Below are positions 37,298-49,020 of a stretch of DNA of 64,000 nt, in pieces (position 1 is the stretch's first letter; each line of letters begins with the position of its first letter). Under the pieces are notes generated by a model. That model did not search any database, had not been told where the DNA came from, and saw nothing but the letters and a program-made list of their open reading frames with translations. Origin of the DNA: Pocillopora damicornis (taxonomy: Eukaryota); contig NW_020846747.1 in NCBI RefSeq assembly GCF_003704095.1, positions 434,001 to 498,000 on the forward strand. Reading direction: 5' to 3'. A program made the translations under genes and the position numbers.

Positions 37298-38282
37298 GGA
37301 GTTACAATTGAATTCAAACGGAAAAAAGTTGAAAATATAAGTGAAATAAACTTTCGCACTGCTACCGATTACCTTTGGGTGCTTTTCAATCAATTGCTGT
37401 AATACAGCCTGCTCCGTGTGTTCAATTGGTAAAACGAAGCGAAATAATAAACGGCGCAATAGTAGCCCTCTTCCGCTTCTAAGGCGCTTGGTTTTTCTAT
37501 ACTGAACCTCCAGAACAGGCAAGCTACGAACGAGACTATTCAAAACATCCAGTTGGAGCAAGGCGGGAAAATAACTATTATCAACTGAGTTTATAATGTA
37601 TCTTGGGCACCGTAGTAGATTATAGAGCTGAAGTTTCCAGTGTTAGCCCTGCGTCAGAGCAAAGTGAATGAGGATGCACACTTGATTTACCTACATTTAA
37701 ATTTTATTTCTGCATACACAGATACGTGTTTATGGTAAATCTTATTCGAACTAGACAACTACGTGATTTTAAAGGAGCAAAAGGAAAACATGCAAGTAAA
37801 AATTCATTTATTGATCCAAAATATCAATTTGAACAGCTAACACTACTTCTGCAATCTCTATATACATCTATCATTGGGTAAATCAATATGGCCGAGTTTC
37901 TTTCGTCCAATTAAAACAGAGAGATTATATATGCCATTTGCGAGTCGCTTTTCTTTACAACAGCCAGCGTCGCCACGAAAAATGGATTATGGTATGTTTA
38001 ACAGCAAAACGTAACGCTTGCAAAGTCGTTCGTTACCACTTTCATAGATTCCAGTTCTTCTCCCAGTGGATTCACCCTGATTGTGATACGCAAACTCTAC
38101 ACCCTCCAATTAACCTGAGAAGCACGGTAACATCCTTCTTTTTCAGGAAAGCAGCATTACATAATGACTTTCCGACCATTTCAGTGAATCACTCTCACCT
38201 TCGAAACGTGTACAGTGAGCCTTAATGCCCATGTATTCATGATCATCTCTTCAGCGCCAATTTTTCAATTTTCCGCAAGCGG

Positions 38283-41200
38283 TTATTTCTTCCCCCTTCT
38301 CCGGGCCGCTGTGCGAACCCTTGATCTTGCCGTCAAGTTGCTGCCTGCCCCTTGCGGAGTGCTCGGCGCCCCAAATGCTGGTGCAGGTGTGGGTGCGGCA
38401 AAACGACTTCCCGACGCACCACCTGGGGCGAAGTTGAAACCCCCACTGGGCGCAGGTGTCGCGGGCACAGCTATGAAAAAAAAAGGATGGTGAAAAAATT
38501 ACAATAGATTTCTACACGACTGCGAATTTTAATGGAGCTCAGAAAATTAGGGGTTAAAATTACAATGCGACTTTCTACTACTTAATATAAAACTCCTTTC
38601 TCCATGCAATCAAGGGGGAGGAAATTACTGGCATGAACTGAAGTGGGGAGGGTGAGGGGGAGGGGGGTAAGGTACTTTTCCCCAAACCCCCGTAGCTTCA
38701 TCTGGGGCTCTGCCGGCTGTGAAAAATCAAAGGGTGGGAACCCCGGAAGTCCTGATATACTTACCCGCAGGTGGAGCTGTTGCTTGGCCAAACTGCCCGA
38801 AGCTACTGTTACCCGCTGAAGAGCCTGGAAAAAAAAAAGGCAATGAAAATTCAGTGAAACAGGGTAAGTGAAATTGCATTCGAAGTTATGGAAATTCAGA
38901 AGACGAAGAGAAGGTTTAAGAGCAGATGACCAGACAATGAAAGGAAACGTCTTTAAAACCATGCCAACTTTTGACAGAGTTTCGCTTAAAAAAAAGAACA
39001 TAAGGAAACTAACTAACAAAAGCACAATCATTCTCTGAATGAGAAACTGCGCACCTGCCCCTCCCCTAACACAACAATAACCCTAACTTGTTATCAGCTG
39101 ATTATTTTGGGTTGGGGGAGGGGTAGCAACGCATTTGCTCACATGTTAGCATTGATAAAATTTTCCACTATTCCCAGATCTTACCAAATTGAAATCCTCC
39201 TGTTTTGTTCGCAGCGCCACTGAAATTAAAACCCCCGGGTGTTGGGTTATTTGCCGTCGCATTTGCATTGAAACTAAATCCACTAGAAGCCGCAGCATTC
39301 TGGGAAGGCGCTGCTCCAAAGGTGTTCTGGGCACCGGCACTGTTTCCAAACCCATTGAAAGGGGACTTGGAAGCGTTTTGCGACGTATTTGCAGCAAAAG
39401 TGAACGGAGATGATTTCTGGCTAGGAGCTTGTCCAAAAGCACCTTGGGTAGTTTTTTGGTTTGGCTGAGTTCCAAAGTTAAACTGTGTCGATTGGGTACC
39501 AAAAGCATTTTGGGCACTACTTTGATTTGGATTCGGTCCAAATACATTTTGATTCGCCTGGTTTCCGAAAATATTTTGTGTTGTTTTCTGCTGTGAACCA
39601 AAAGTATTTTGCAAATGCTGAGCACCCAAACCACTTTGAGGAGTCTTTTGACTTGCGTTTAGAGAACTGTTCGCGTTTTGCGCTCCAAACGTATTTGAAG
39701 AAGCTGGCTGGTTTTGCTGTTGCACTCCAAAGGCACCATGGGTAGGATTCGCTCCAAACGCACTCTGGGAAGCATTCTGGCCAAATGTGTTCTGGGTAAA
39801 CGGACTTTGTGTGAAACCTGAAGTTTGAGGAGTGTTTTGTGAAGGCTTGCCCCCAAAGCCATTCGCACCGAAGGCAGAACCAAACGAAGTTTGACCTTGT
39901 TGTCCTGTTACAGGTTGCATGTTACTTACACCAAACGTGCCTTTGTTTTGGGTTGTTGATGCAAGGGAATTCTGAGGCGCCGTGGCACTCTGCCCAAATA
40001 CATTTGTCGATGGAATCGCAGTTAGAGTAGAGCTATTTTGCGTAGTTTCGGTTCGTTTTCCAAACGGACTTTGCAATGAAGCAGCTACATTGCCACTTGC
40101 CAACGACCCAGAAGTTTGGGAAGTATTTTGTCCTAAAAAGAAAGTACTTGAAGAATTCACAGAGGTCGTAACCTGAGTATTTTGTGTTGACTTCTCACCA
40201 AAGACAATCTTTGTACTATTTGAAGCTGAAGAATTGAACCGTGATTGCCCATTGGTTGAAGCGTTGGACGGCGGCATCCCAGATACGCTCGACGAAGAAA
40301 CTGTGGAGAAACTAAACCCAGCTTTTTGGGAAGAAGTATTATTTGTGTTCAAAGTTGGTGGGTTAGTTGTTGCCGGCTTAGCGAAGGGCGACGCCCCAGA
40401 TGAGGGAAATGACGAAAGCTGGAATCCTGAGGAAACTGGTCCTGTTGTAACAGTCGAACTTTGCGCTGGGTTTGCTTGTGACTGGACAGGAGCAATTGAT
40501 GAGCTTGTGGGAGCAGCCTTTCCCTGTTGTGAAGTAGGAATTTTTATTCCTTCACCTGTCAATGCCGTAGACAGCCCGGGTGTACCTGACGGTTTAGAAC
40601 ACAAATCAACTCCTGGTCGCTGTTGGGACAGTAACGCACGCAAAGTAGAACTTTGGGATTGCGTAGCAGTGCCACTGCCGTGCATTACGGGATTGGAACT
40701 AGAAACACTTGATGAAGGGACCTGCTGATCACTTGTGGTCCTTCGAGGATCTCCCAAACCAAGGGTTGGGGCGATAAGGCTCTGGGCAGTAGTGGTAGTT
40801 ATTGTCCCTCTGCTTGTCACAACACCTGCAGTAGGGACCTTGAATAACGAAGCTGAGGTCGAAGTAGCCGCAGCTGAAGAAACCGTTGTCGTATCTGACA
40901 AAAGAACATAAACGAGAATCCTAACTCATGGCATTTATTCCACTTACTTTTGCGGAATTTTCGTTTAAAGAAAAGAAGGAGCACTATCTTGAGTTGAGGT
41001 CGTTAAGTTTCTCGTGTAAGGAGTGGAGAAGAAATTTGTCATTTAACGAGGGAAAACCAGCGATCGACACCTCGTCACGCACAGGGTGTTGGTGACAAAG
41101 GAGCGAGTCATGTGTGTGACTTGTGAGAAGCAAAATAACTCGTACGTTAACGGTGGAAGTGGAGAAGATACCATGGTTTCCATGAACAGTCTCGCTTTAA

Positions 41201-41367
41201 AATGGGAATAGCTAGGTTATGCTGTTCTTTAAAAAGAAAATCTGGTTATTGAAAACACTTCACTGAGACGTTTGTATCCATCCATACTCGTTCTAATCCC
41301 TTTTAAAGAAACGGTCTCCAGCTTTGCAGTAACCTCTGTGAGAAGCCCTCACGGAGGAGGGGGGGGA

Positions 41368-41403
<36 letters not shown>

Positions 41404-44400
41404 TGTCAATGCCCAAGGGTTTCAAAGGTAGAGGGGAGCTTATTAAAAGGAGAGGCTTAATAGATGGGGCTTATTAGAGCGTTTTCAAGAGTTGTGATTA
41501 TTCGCCAAGACAAAAAAAAAATGCATGGTTAGAGTCTTTTTACCTGGTTTCTCTTTATCTTTCGCTTCACTTTCATCATCATCATCATCACTGCCACCCA
41601 GCAGCTCATTCACCCGCTCCCAGGCTAACTTGCGATCGATCTTCAACTGCTCCTGGTTGATTTTTCTCGACACAGTTCTTCTTTGGGGCTAAAAATACGC
41701 GAAAAAACTGTTAAAGTAAACCAAACGCGGGAAAACACGTGTGCTGACCTCACGACTTCACTTCTGATACAGATTGCCAGAGCAGAAAGAGTGCCAAATA
41801 TTTCTGACTTTCAACCCAATTACAAACCGCATACCGACTGGTTCTTAAGGGCGGGAAATAACTGTTATTATAGCGAGGTTTGCAGCGGTGTTACTTGAAT
41901 TCAATCTCAATTGTTTGAGAAAGTGGCGCAAGTATTTGTAAACCAATCGAACGATTTACATTGTACACGGGTCATTTTATGCCAAGAGCGGGAAAAGTTG
42001 TCTAAACGAGTCCAAAGCCTGTTGGTTTTGTTTGGTTGGTAAACTATGTTTAAATTAATCACTAAGCATAACAGAACAAAACCACAGCGCTTTTAATATT
42101 TATCTAAGCACTTCGGTTAAAAAATGCTCCTAAAAAGACTTTAAAGTAAACCTCACCATCTCAGATTCTTCATTAGAAGCACAATAAACTGGTACAGCCC
42201 TTCTTCTTGAATCGTCTTTGGATGCAAATCTTGGGACTGTAAATCGTTTCTGTACATTTGTTGCCGGAGGTTTAAGTACCGAGCTGACATCTTCATTCAC
42301 GTACTCAGTCTTTCCTCTACAAGAGAGATTAACGGTTGAAATGAGCGCCAGTTGGTAAGCCTCCGCCCCCCACCCCCCCGAAAAAAAAAAAGCAGAAAAA
42401 ATTATGTTTGCAAAGACATGTAACCTGCGACAACGTGGCCATATGAGGCCATTTTAACAATGTTGTTAAAAAATTTATGTTTATTAATTAGTGATACAAC
42501 CAGTTAAGGCGTCTACCAACCGTTTAACTTCTTCTTTATCTGTCAGTGGTTCTGACTCCTTAGTCTTCCTTGACTTGCTCTCATTTTTGTCATCCTTTAT
42601 GGAGCAAAATTATAATCACATTTATTGAATAAAACAGCAAGAGCAACGTAAGAAAAGGCGCTCAAAAATGAAGGAAAAAGTGTATTTACCCTATGGCTAG
42701 CCAACGAGTTGGCTGTCATTTTAAGCCCTGCAGCACGAACGTTTTATCGCCCGTGTGAAACTTTGAGGCCTTACGCAAGGCGAGCCGGTGGGAGGTCTAC
42801 AAGGGGTCTGGCACTGATAATTATCGTCCCAGACCCCTCGTGGACCTTTCCCGCGCTCAAATCGCTCGCGGGCTCAAAACGCACGGCCACTCATATCGCA
42901 GCGCTATTGAAAGCCTACTCAGAAGCTACCGTGTACTTTATGGATATGATTTCCACTTACATTAGTTTTTGTTGCATCTCTTTCTGCGGTTGCTTCTTTT
43001 CTTTTTCGTGAGGCAGATTCATTTTGTGTCTCATTGTGTTCAGTCTCCATGGACTTGTAACCATTATCCAAAATCTTACTTCTCTCTTTAGAGGAGTCAA
43101 CTTCGTCTTCTCCTGAATTTTCTACACTTTCTGTTATGTCTTCACTCTAAGATTGATCGGTAAAAAGTTAATAATGGGCTTACAGAAAATGACAGAAGCC
43201 TTTAAGACAAACTACACTCGTCTACATGTATGCTTAATTTCACCAAAGGGGTAATTTGACATGTAGCCTTGGTCTTACATACATATACATTGCCAGTGCT
43301 TGCTGGATTTTCATGAGATTTATTCAAAAGAAAAATGAAATGATGTTACCTGCCATGGACTTACATTTTACCAAGCAAAGGGGCACACCTCTGTCTGAGG
43401 TACTGGCTAGACACAATGGTAGCCCTTGAATCCACCTTCACTTTGCGCAAGGCAGCAGTTGACATGCATGTAAAGCAATTAGGGAATACCATGCTCCAGC
43501 TGTACCCTTCCTGGTTGGGGATCCACTACAAGAATCCCCAACGATCCACTGTTACCCATTTATACTTTTCGGCAAAAAAAGGCAATATGAAAGAAATGTG
43601 TCTTTTGTTTCCCAAGAACACAACACAAATTACCTAAAAGACACCACTCAAATACAGAACTCATAAATCGGAGTATGGCTTCTGAACATCTCGAACAGTA
43701 ACTGAAGCAACAAAAATCAGGGACGACTGATCTTTGATATAGCACAACTGTTTCACTTACACTTGGTGGTTCTTTTTCAGTTTCCATAATTTTCCTCTTC
43801 TGTGTAACAGCTTCCACATAACTTTCATTCTGCACATTGTCAGAAGAATCACTTGCACTATCATCTACAACTCTGCTTTTCTTCTTAGAGCCCCCATCAG
43901 CTGCTTTTTCAGTTCTTTCTGCGATTGCTACTCGTTTGCGGCCTTTGAGAAGAGGACTGCTAAATGGGTAAGATTCTGCTGGCTTGGTATCTCTCCTAAA
44001 AATAAAAAGATATGTTCAAATTTATTACTTGCTGGGTCTAGTGGGGGGAGGGGTGTCAGTTCAGAGTTGTCACAAAATCATAGCTAACAAAAATCAACTG
44101 GCTTCATAATGTTAATTGGTCACCAGAGTAAATTTCTAAAACTGGCATTTCTTGCATTAGCCCTTGTCAGAGCAAATAGAGACATCTTTTTTTGCATGTG
44201 GTATACATACAGAAAGATTGAGATAAGTTGTTGGTGGGAACATGGAAATGAGAAAAAAAACATGAATAAATTGGCTAAATGAAAAGCATTTGGTCTAGCT
44301 GGAGGGATGAAGAGTGCTGAAATTTTTTCTCTGGAGTTGTGCCCCTTCTGAACTGCCTAGATAAGGGGAAAGGCTCTGTCTTTCTGTATATAGACCACAC

Positions 44401-47136
44401 AAAACCTACAATTTCTCTATTTGCTCTCACGAGGTGCTAACACTTGGAACGTCAGTTTAAGAAACTCCAGCCAATTTACATTACAAATACAGTTGATGAA
44501 ACAAAATAATGTTACCTTAACCCTCACCAAAACAGCATCACAGTTTCTTTAGAAACTTACCCCTTTTCGAAGAAATGTAGTTTGTAAACCCTTAGACCCT
44601 TACAGGTGACTAGCATCTAATTTCTCCTTTCAAAATCACCCTTCAATCAAACATTAAGGTCATGAGAATACAAGAAATGATCACCAACTAAAGAAGCTTT
44701 TGATTGTTACACAAATTCTCCTTGTCAGCACCTTAGGAAATGTATAGAGAACAGTATGGAGAATATGCCTACTGATGTTTGGGTGTAACGGGTGAATGTT
44801 GTATACATTGTACAGTTTACCACACACCTTTTAGATGGTCTTGACACTTCTTCCTCCCCTTCATCAAAAACAGCAAAACTTCTTTTCCTGCTCTCTTTGA
44901 GTGCAGAGAGGACAGTGACTCTGCTACATGGGTTCTCATCAACTCCTGCTCTCTTTAAGGGACTGTTGGATCTACAGTAAACATCAACAAACATACTTTG
45001 GAAAACATTTACATAGACTCCAAGCCGTACAATGAAACAATCTGCCCTCATTATTCCTATTTCAAACCATCAATTGAAATTCATACTTAAGTTAAGTATA
45101 CAGTTAGTAATTGTATGAGAAGTAGTGGTCTATTGTTCAGCGCACAGGATTCTAAGTCAAGTGGTCCAGATTCGAGACCTGGCTGGGTCAATGTGTTGTG
45201 TAAGATATTTATCACCACACTGTGTCTCTCTCTTTTCAGGACTAAAAATAGGTACCAGCCAATTTCCAGGGAAGCCTGATAAAATGCTGGGGGGTAACCT
45301 TGCAATGGAATGGTACCCATCCCATCCAGGAAAGAGTAGTAATACTTCACTTCATGTTACTTGGAAACCAAGGACAAGCTCCAGCTGGATGGGCCATTAG
45401 CCTCAAGTACAGACCTCACCTTTTACCTGATACCAGTTAGTGATGACAGGGTTGTCATTAGAAACCAGTAAGGGAGTATAATATCCTCAGTCCTTTTAAG
45501 ACCATGATTGTTGTCCAGTCTGGGGCTTGAACACTTAACTTCCCATATACAATCCAGTGCTCCACAACATAAGCGAACCAGATGGCAGTTAATTGAGCTA
45601 GGCAGATCATCTGGCCAGAGCTTATTACAGATTCAACAGAATGAAATGACTATCACAGGGTTTGTATGCTTTTACAGAAACAAATTTCCTAAAATTTTCC
45701 AGAACATTTCCAAGACTTTTCCAGGACTTTGACTGATTTTTCCAGGAATCCGAGTTTCACCTTCAAACCTTTCATTCTCAAGATTTCACAATCAATTCTC
45801 TTTACAGTCTACATGCATTTATTATATTGCTAATTCTGAAAACTTTATTGCTTGAGTCAAGCAGATATTCAGGACCTGTAGAGTCTTTTTCCAGGACTTT
45901 CCAGTCCTGGAAAATATCAAAATAAAATTTTGGGACTTTCCAGGTTTTCCAGGACCTGTGTTAAGGACCCTTCATATGAATCTAAGTAGCAGCAAAATTA
46001 TTGCACTGAAATTACTTCCAACACTTGACCTGTGCATAGAACCACCTGATAAGGAAAACTGATCACTTACAATGTGAATGTCCTGTTAACTGTGACATCT
46101 GGTGAAGCTATTTTAACAGTGGATGGCCTCTGCAGTGCAGGATTCAAGAGACTAAAATTGTGCGGCTTACGGTGATATCCAAGGGCACTTCCTCGCCCTG
46201 AATACAGAGTTCCATTCATATCTCTGCTGTTCCAGGCTTTTCTTGTGTGAAAAGGTGTTGTGGAACTAAAAGTATAAATCAGTTTGATATGACTAATAAA
46301 TATTTTGCTTCGTGCACCAAAAGAATTACAAAAACATTGACTATCAAATCTGGCACTCGGGTAGGGCACAAAATTTTGGGCCAACGTCTGGGGATTGATG
46401 TTGAAGCTTTAAGTGATTGATGCATGACAGACCAATATTTGCAAGCAGCTATTTTTCGGTCAAAAAGCGGGCTTTTAAAAAATGAAAAGAAAAAGGAAAG
46501 TGCATTCAGCGATAGAGGTTGTTACTGACCACGAAAGGGAAAACAAAGATATGTACCCGATGACAAAAAGGCTGAATATTGCGCAAGTATATATTTGTAC
46601 TATCTTCTCTAACATACAAAAAAAATATAGCGTGAAAAAGCCAGGGAGGTCTCAGCTGCAAACTCTAGATTTCCTTTTCTTTCATTTTACTATCAAGCTT
46701 TTTCCTTAATAAGAGCATGGTTTACTTTGTCGAATGGCGAGTTTAAAAGGTTCGATTAAGACCTTTCGCTACTAACAGATACAACAAAAAAATCTCACCT
46801 CATGTTGAAACTAAGCCTTTTGGTGACAGACATTAAAGGTGTGGGTGATCGCAGCGAATATCTGTCTGTGGGTAAACCAGTGAACTCCAAGTCTTGAAGC
46901 ACCGGAAAATCATCCCTAGATTTCTCTTGAAACGTCAAATCTAGATCTGGTTCGCTGTCAACCTCTTCGTGAACTCGCCGAATTTTTCTATTTCCATGCC
47001 TTCCGAAGTTATATGCGTAGATCAGAAACGAAAAAACAAGAAGAAGGCTCCAAAATAAGCCGAAGAACGACCATAAAATTAAAATTACCAAGCCAAGTAT
47101 GGCTAGAACACGGAGTTCACTTCTTGTCAAGGCCAT
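38283..47136 (-). CDS. POM121: POM121-like transmembrane FG-repeat nucleoporin, 11 exons, about 1144 aa
   Basis: Phase-consistent exons: 47136-46799, 46265-46071, 44971-44828, 43995-43761, 43146-42961, 42594-42521, 42316-42157, 41688-41544, 40894-39185, 38824-38765, 38470-38283. Features: N-terminal membrane segment, STVKIASPD and NPCSRVTVLSALKESRKR motifs, basic NLS-like clusters, a long S/T/Q/N-rich FG region and basic C-terminus ARSRVRTAARRRGKK. Minus-strand AATAAA at 37812-37807. Confidence 0.88.
41369..41400 (+). repeat. Poly-G tract in a POM121 intron
   Basis: About 32 consecutive G preceded by GGAGGAGGGGGGGG. Confidence 0.9.
44586..44796 (+). mobile_element. About 210 bp MITE-like repeat with (T)TAACCC...GGGTTAA-type ends
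   Basis: Related copies at about 30500-30690 (opposite orientation) and 60353-60556 share the CTAATTTCTCCT..ATATC and ATACTGATGT motifs. Confidence 0.7.
45117..45405 (+). mobile_element. tRNA-derived SINE
   Basis: tRNA-like head with A-box-like (AGTGGTCTATTGTT) and B-box-like (GATTCGAGACC) motifs, followed by a body shared with 48870-49020. Confidence 0.65.
45655..45960 (+). repeat. MITE-like element with internal TTTCCAGGAC repeats
   Basis: Begins CAGGG; TTTTCCAGGAC(T) or close variants recur about 8 times. Confidence 0.55.
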
Positions 47137-47799
47137 TTCCACTTAGAAGCGAACATCTGAGTAACAATTCTGACTAGCAGAACTTCAAAATGTCGGTCGT
47201 GAAATCGTCATTGCGCATGGCATAATAAGAAGGCGCCATTTTTTAAACCTACCTCGTTTTCATGGTGACAAAATTTCTTCGTCAGGGGAATAGGTCGATA
47301 TCCCGGTAATGCCTTCTGTTTTTTTAATCGATTACCACTACATAAGATAAATGGCCTATGAAACGCAAATGCCGGTATTGGCCAGTCGTAACACCTTGCC
47401 CAAAGTCATTCAAATTCATGTTAATCTGATCATTACAAGATGAGTTACGCGTTAAAGTAATATTTTGGTAGATAATTGGGTTCGCACCTCACAAACGCGA
47501 AACGATAATATATTTTTATTTTCAAGAATTTTATATTAAGATGATAACATGCAATCAACACCTTGGCAATAGCATTAGGAAGCGTCTACTTTTCCTCAAA
47601 ATTAAGGGATTTCAAAACTGTCAAATCCCATTAATTCGATCAAAAGAAAAAAATCAACTATTAACACAACCGTCGCACTTAGGAGATTTTCTTTGCCACA
47701 AAATTTAAAGCTTCACAAACAACACTCAACACTTTGCTCAGCTTTGAAGTGATCACCAACTCTACAGAGCTTCGTCACATTTAAGAAGGACTCATCAGG

Positions 47800-48370
47800 A
47801 TGAAAGTTTCTTTAAAGTTTTTCCCAAGTTTCCTTGTTTTTTCCTTGCTTCTGGTTTCATTTTGTTGCGTTGAAGGGCAAAAGAAAGACAGCAATGGAGC
47901 GCAATTCAAGCGTAACAACGAACGCATTCCACGGCAATGCATGCGGATAATCTGGGCAAGGCATAGAAAAGCTAAATGCTCTTCTGTGAAGAGAAGGCTA
48001 AGAAAATTACAAGCAGTGGTAAGTAAGTTCTGTCGACGACCTTGATTTAAAGAGTAAAGAGTAAATCAATTCTGTTCTAAATAAGAATCAAGGCGGACAC
48101 CGCTATTCCTAACCAGGTGAAGAACATATATCGTATAATAAGTTTTATCTACAGAAAAGACGTTTCTGATATCAATGCCCAAAAGGGAATGTATCTGCTT
48201 AATTACAACTCATTAAACAAAGAAATAAATATGTAGCTAAACCTTAAGTTTCTATCGGATGTCGCCCCCTGAAAATTCAAGAAAAATTGTTTCAAAAATT
48301 TTAACGAAAAAAATTGAAAAAAAATTATTTGTTTTATTTTTCATTTTTTTTGTAGCAAATTCACTCATGA
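47800..48370 (+). CDS. Small secreted prepropeptide 1 (two-Cys cationic peptide precursor)
   Basis: Signal peptide MKVSLKFFPSFLVFSLLLVSFCCVEG, then KR, core QCMRIIWARHRKAKCSSV and KRR. Exon 1 is 47800-48018 with donor GTAAGT. The likely exon 2 is 48356-48370 (QIHS*); an alternative acceptor is at 48490. Confidence 0.7.
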
Positions 48371-48869
48371 ATCGCACATCTAAGGTTTTGTCAATCATAG
48401 AACAATTTTAAAAAGAATCTTCCAGTTTAACATGACAAAAGAAAGGACAAGTTTCTAAAACGGAATTTAATTTGTTTTGGTAATGCTAGATGAACAAGCC
48501 TCCTATTGAAGATTCACACGGAGGAGGAGGAGGAGAATTCCAAAGAGCGGGAGCACTGCTTAAACAAGCGAAGAGAAGGAGAGCAGGAATAAATAATATG
48601 TAATGTTTGTATAAAACAAACAGAGAGGATCGATTATAATGAGAGTTGGAAAAATTTGGGAATCAGAAATTACTTGAATATGAAAGCAAACTCAAGTTTG
48701 TTATTTGAGTAACATGAAATCTAACGTATAAAACTTAACAAAATTGATTATGAATCAATGTTGATGTCCAATAAACTTCTTCAAATTCGCCCATTGTTCT
48801 TCAATTCAATGTGTATGTCTTGTGCCATAACTGAGATCAGGGTACGACATCAATGTTTCGTCTCAGCTG

Positions 48870-49020
48870 TTGGAGGCCGTGGTGGCCTGATGCCTAGAGC
48901 AGATTTCGCATTTATCGAGAGGTCCTGGGTTAGAGCCTTAGCAAGGTGCTTTTGTCATGCTCTTGGGCAAGACACTTTTCTCGCAAAATGTCTCTCTCCA
49001 CTCAGGTGTATAAATGGGTG
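48870..49020 (+). mobile_element. tRNA-derived SINE, 3'-truncated
   Basis: TGGAGGCCGTGGTGGCCTGATG head, B-box-like GGTTAGAGCC, and body CTTGGGCAAGACACTT...TCTCTCTCCACTCAGGTGTATAAATGGGT. Confidence 0.7.

Noticed and set aside
39146-40728. Overlapping alternative-frame and antisense ORFs
   Set aside because: Shadows of the low-complexity POM121 FG exon.
41369-41400. Poly-G as a functional G-quadruplex
   Set aside because: Intronic homopolymer whose length is unreliable in assemblies; no supporting evidence.
45117-45190. tRNA gene
   Set aside because: The tRNA-like head is degenerate and continues into a SINE body; the same applies at 48870.
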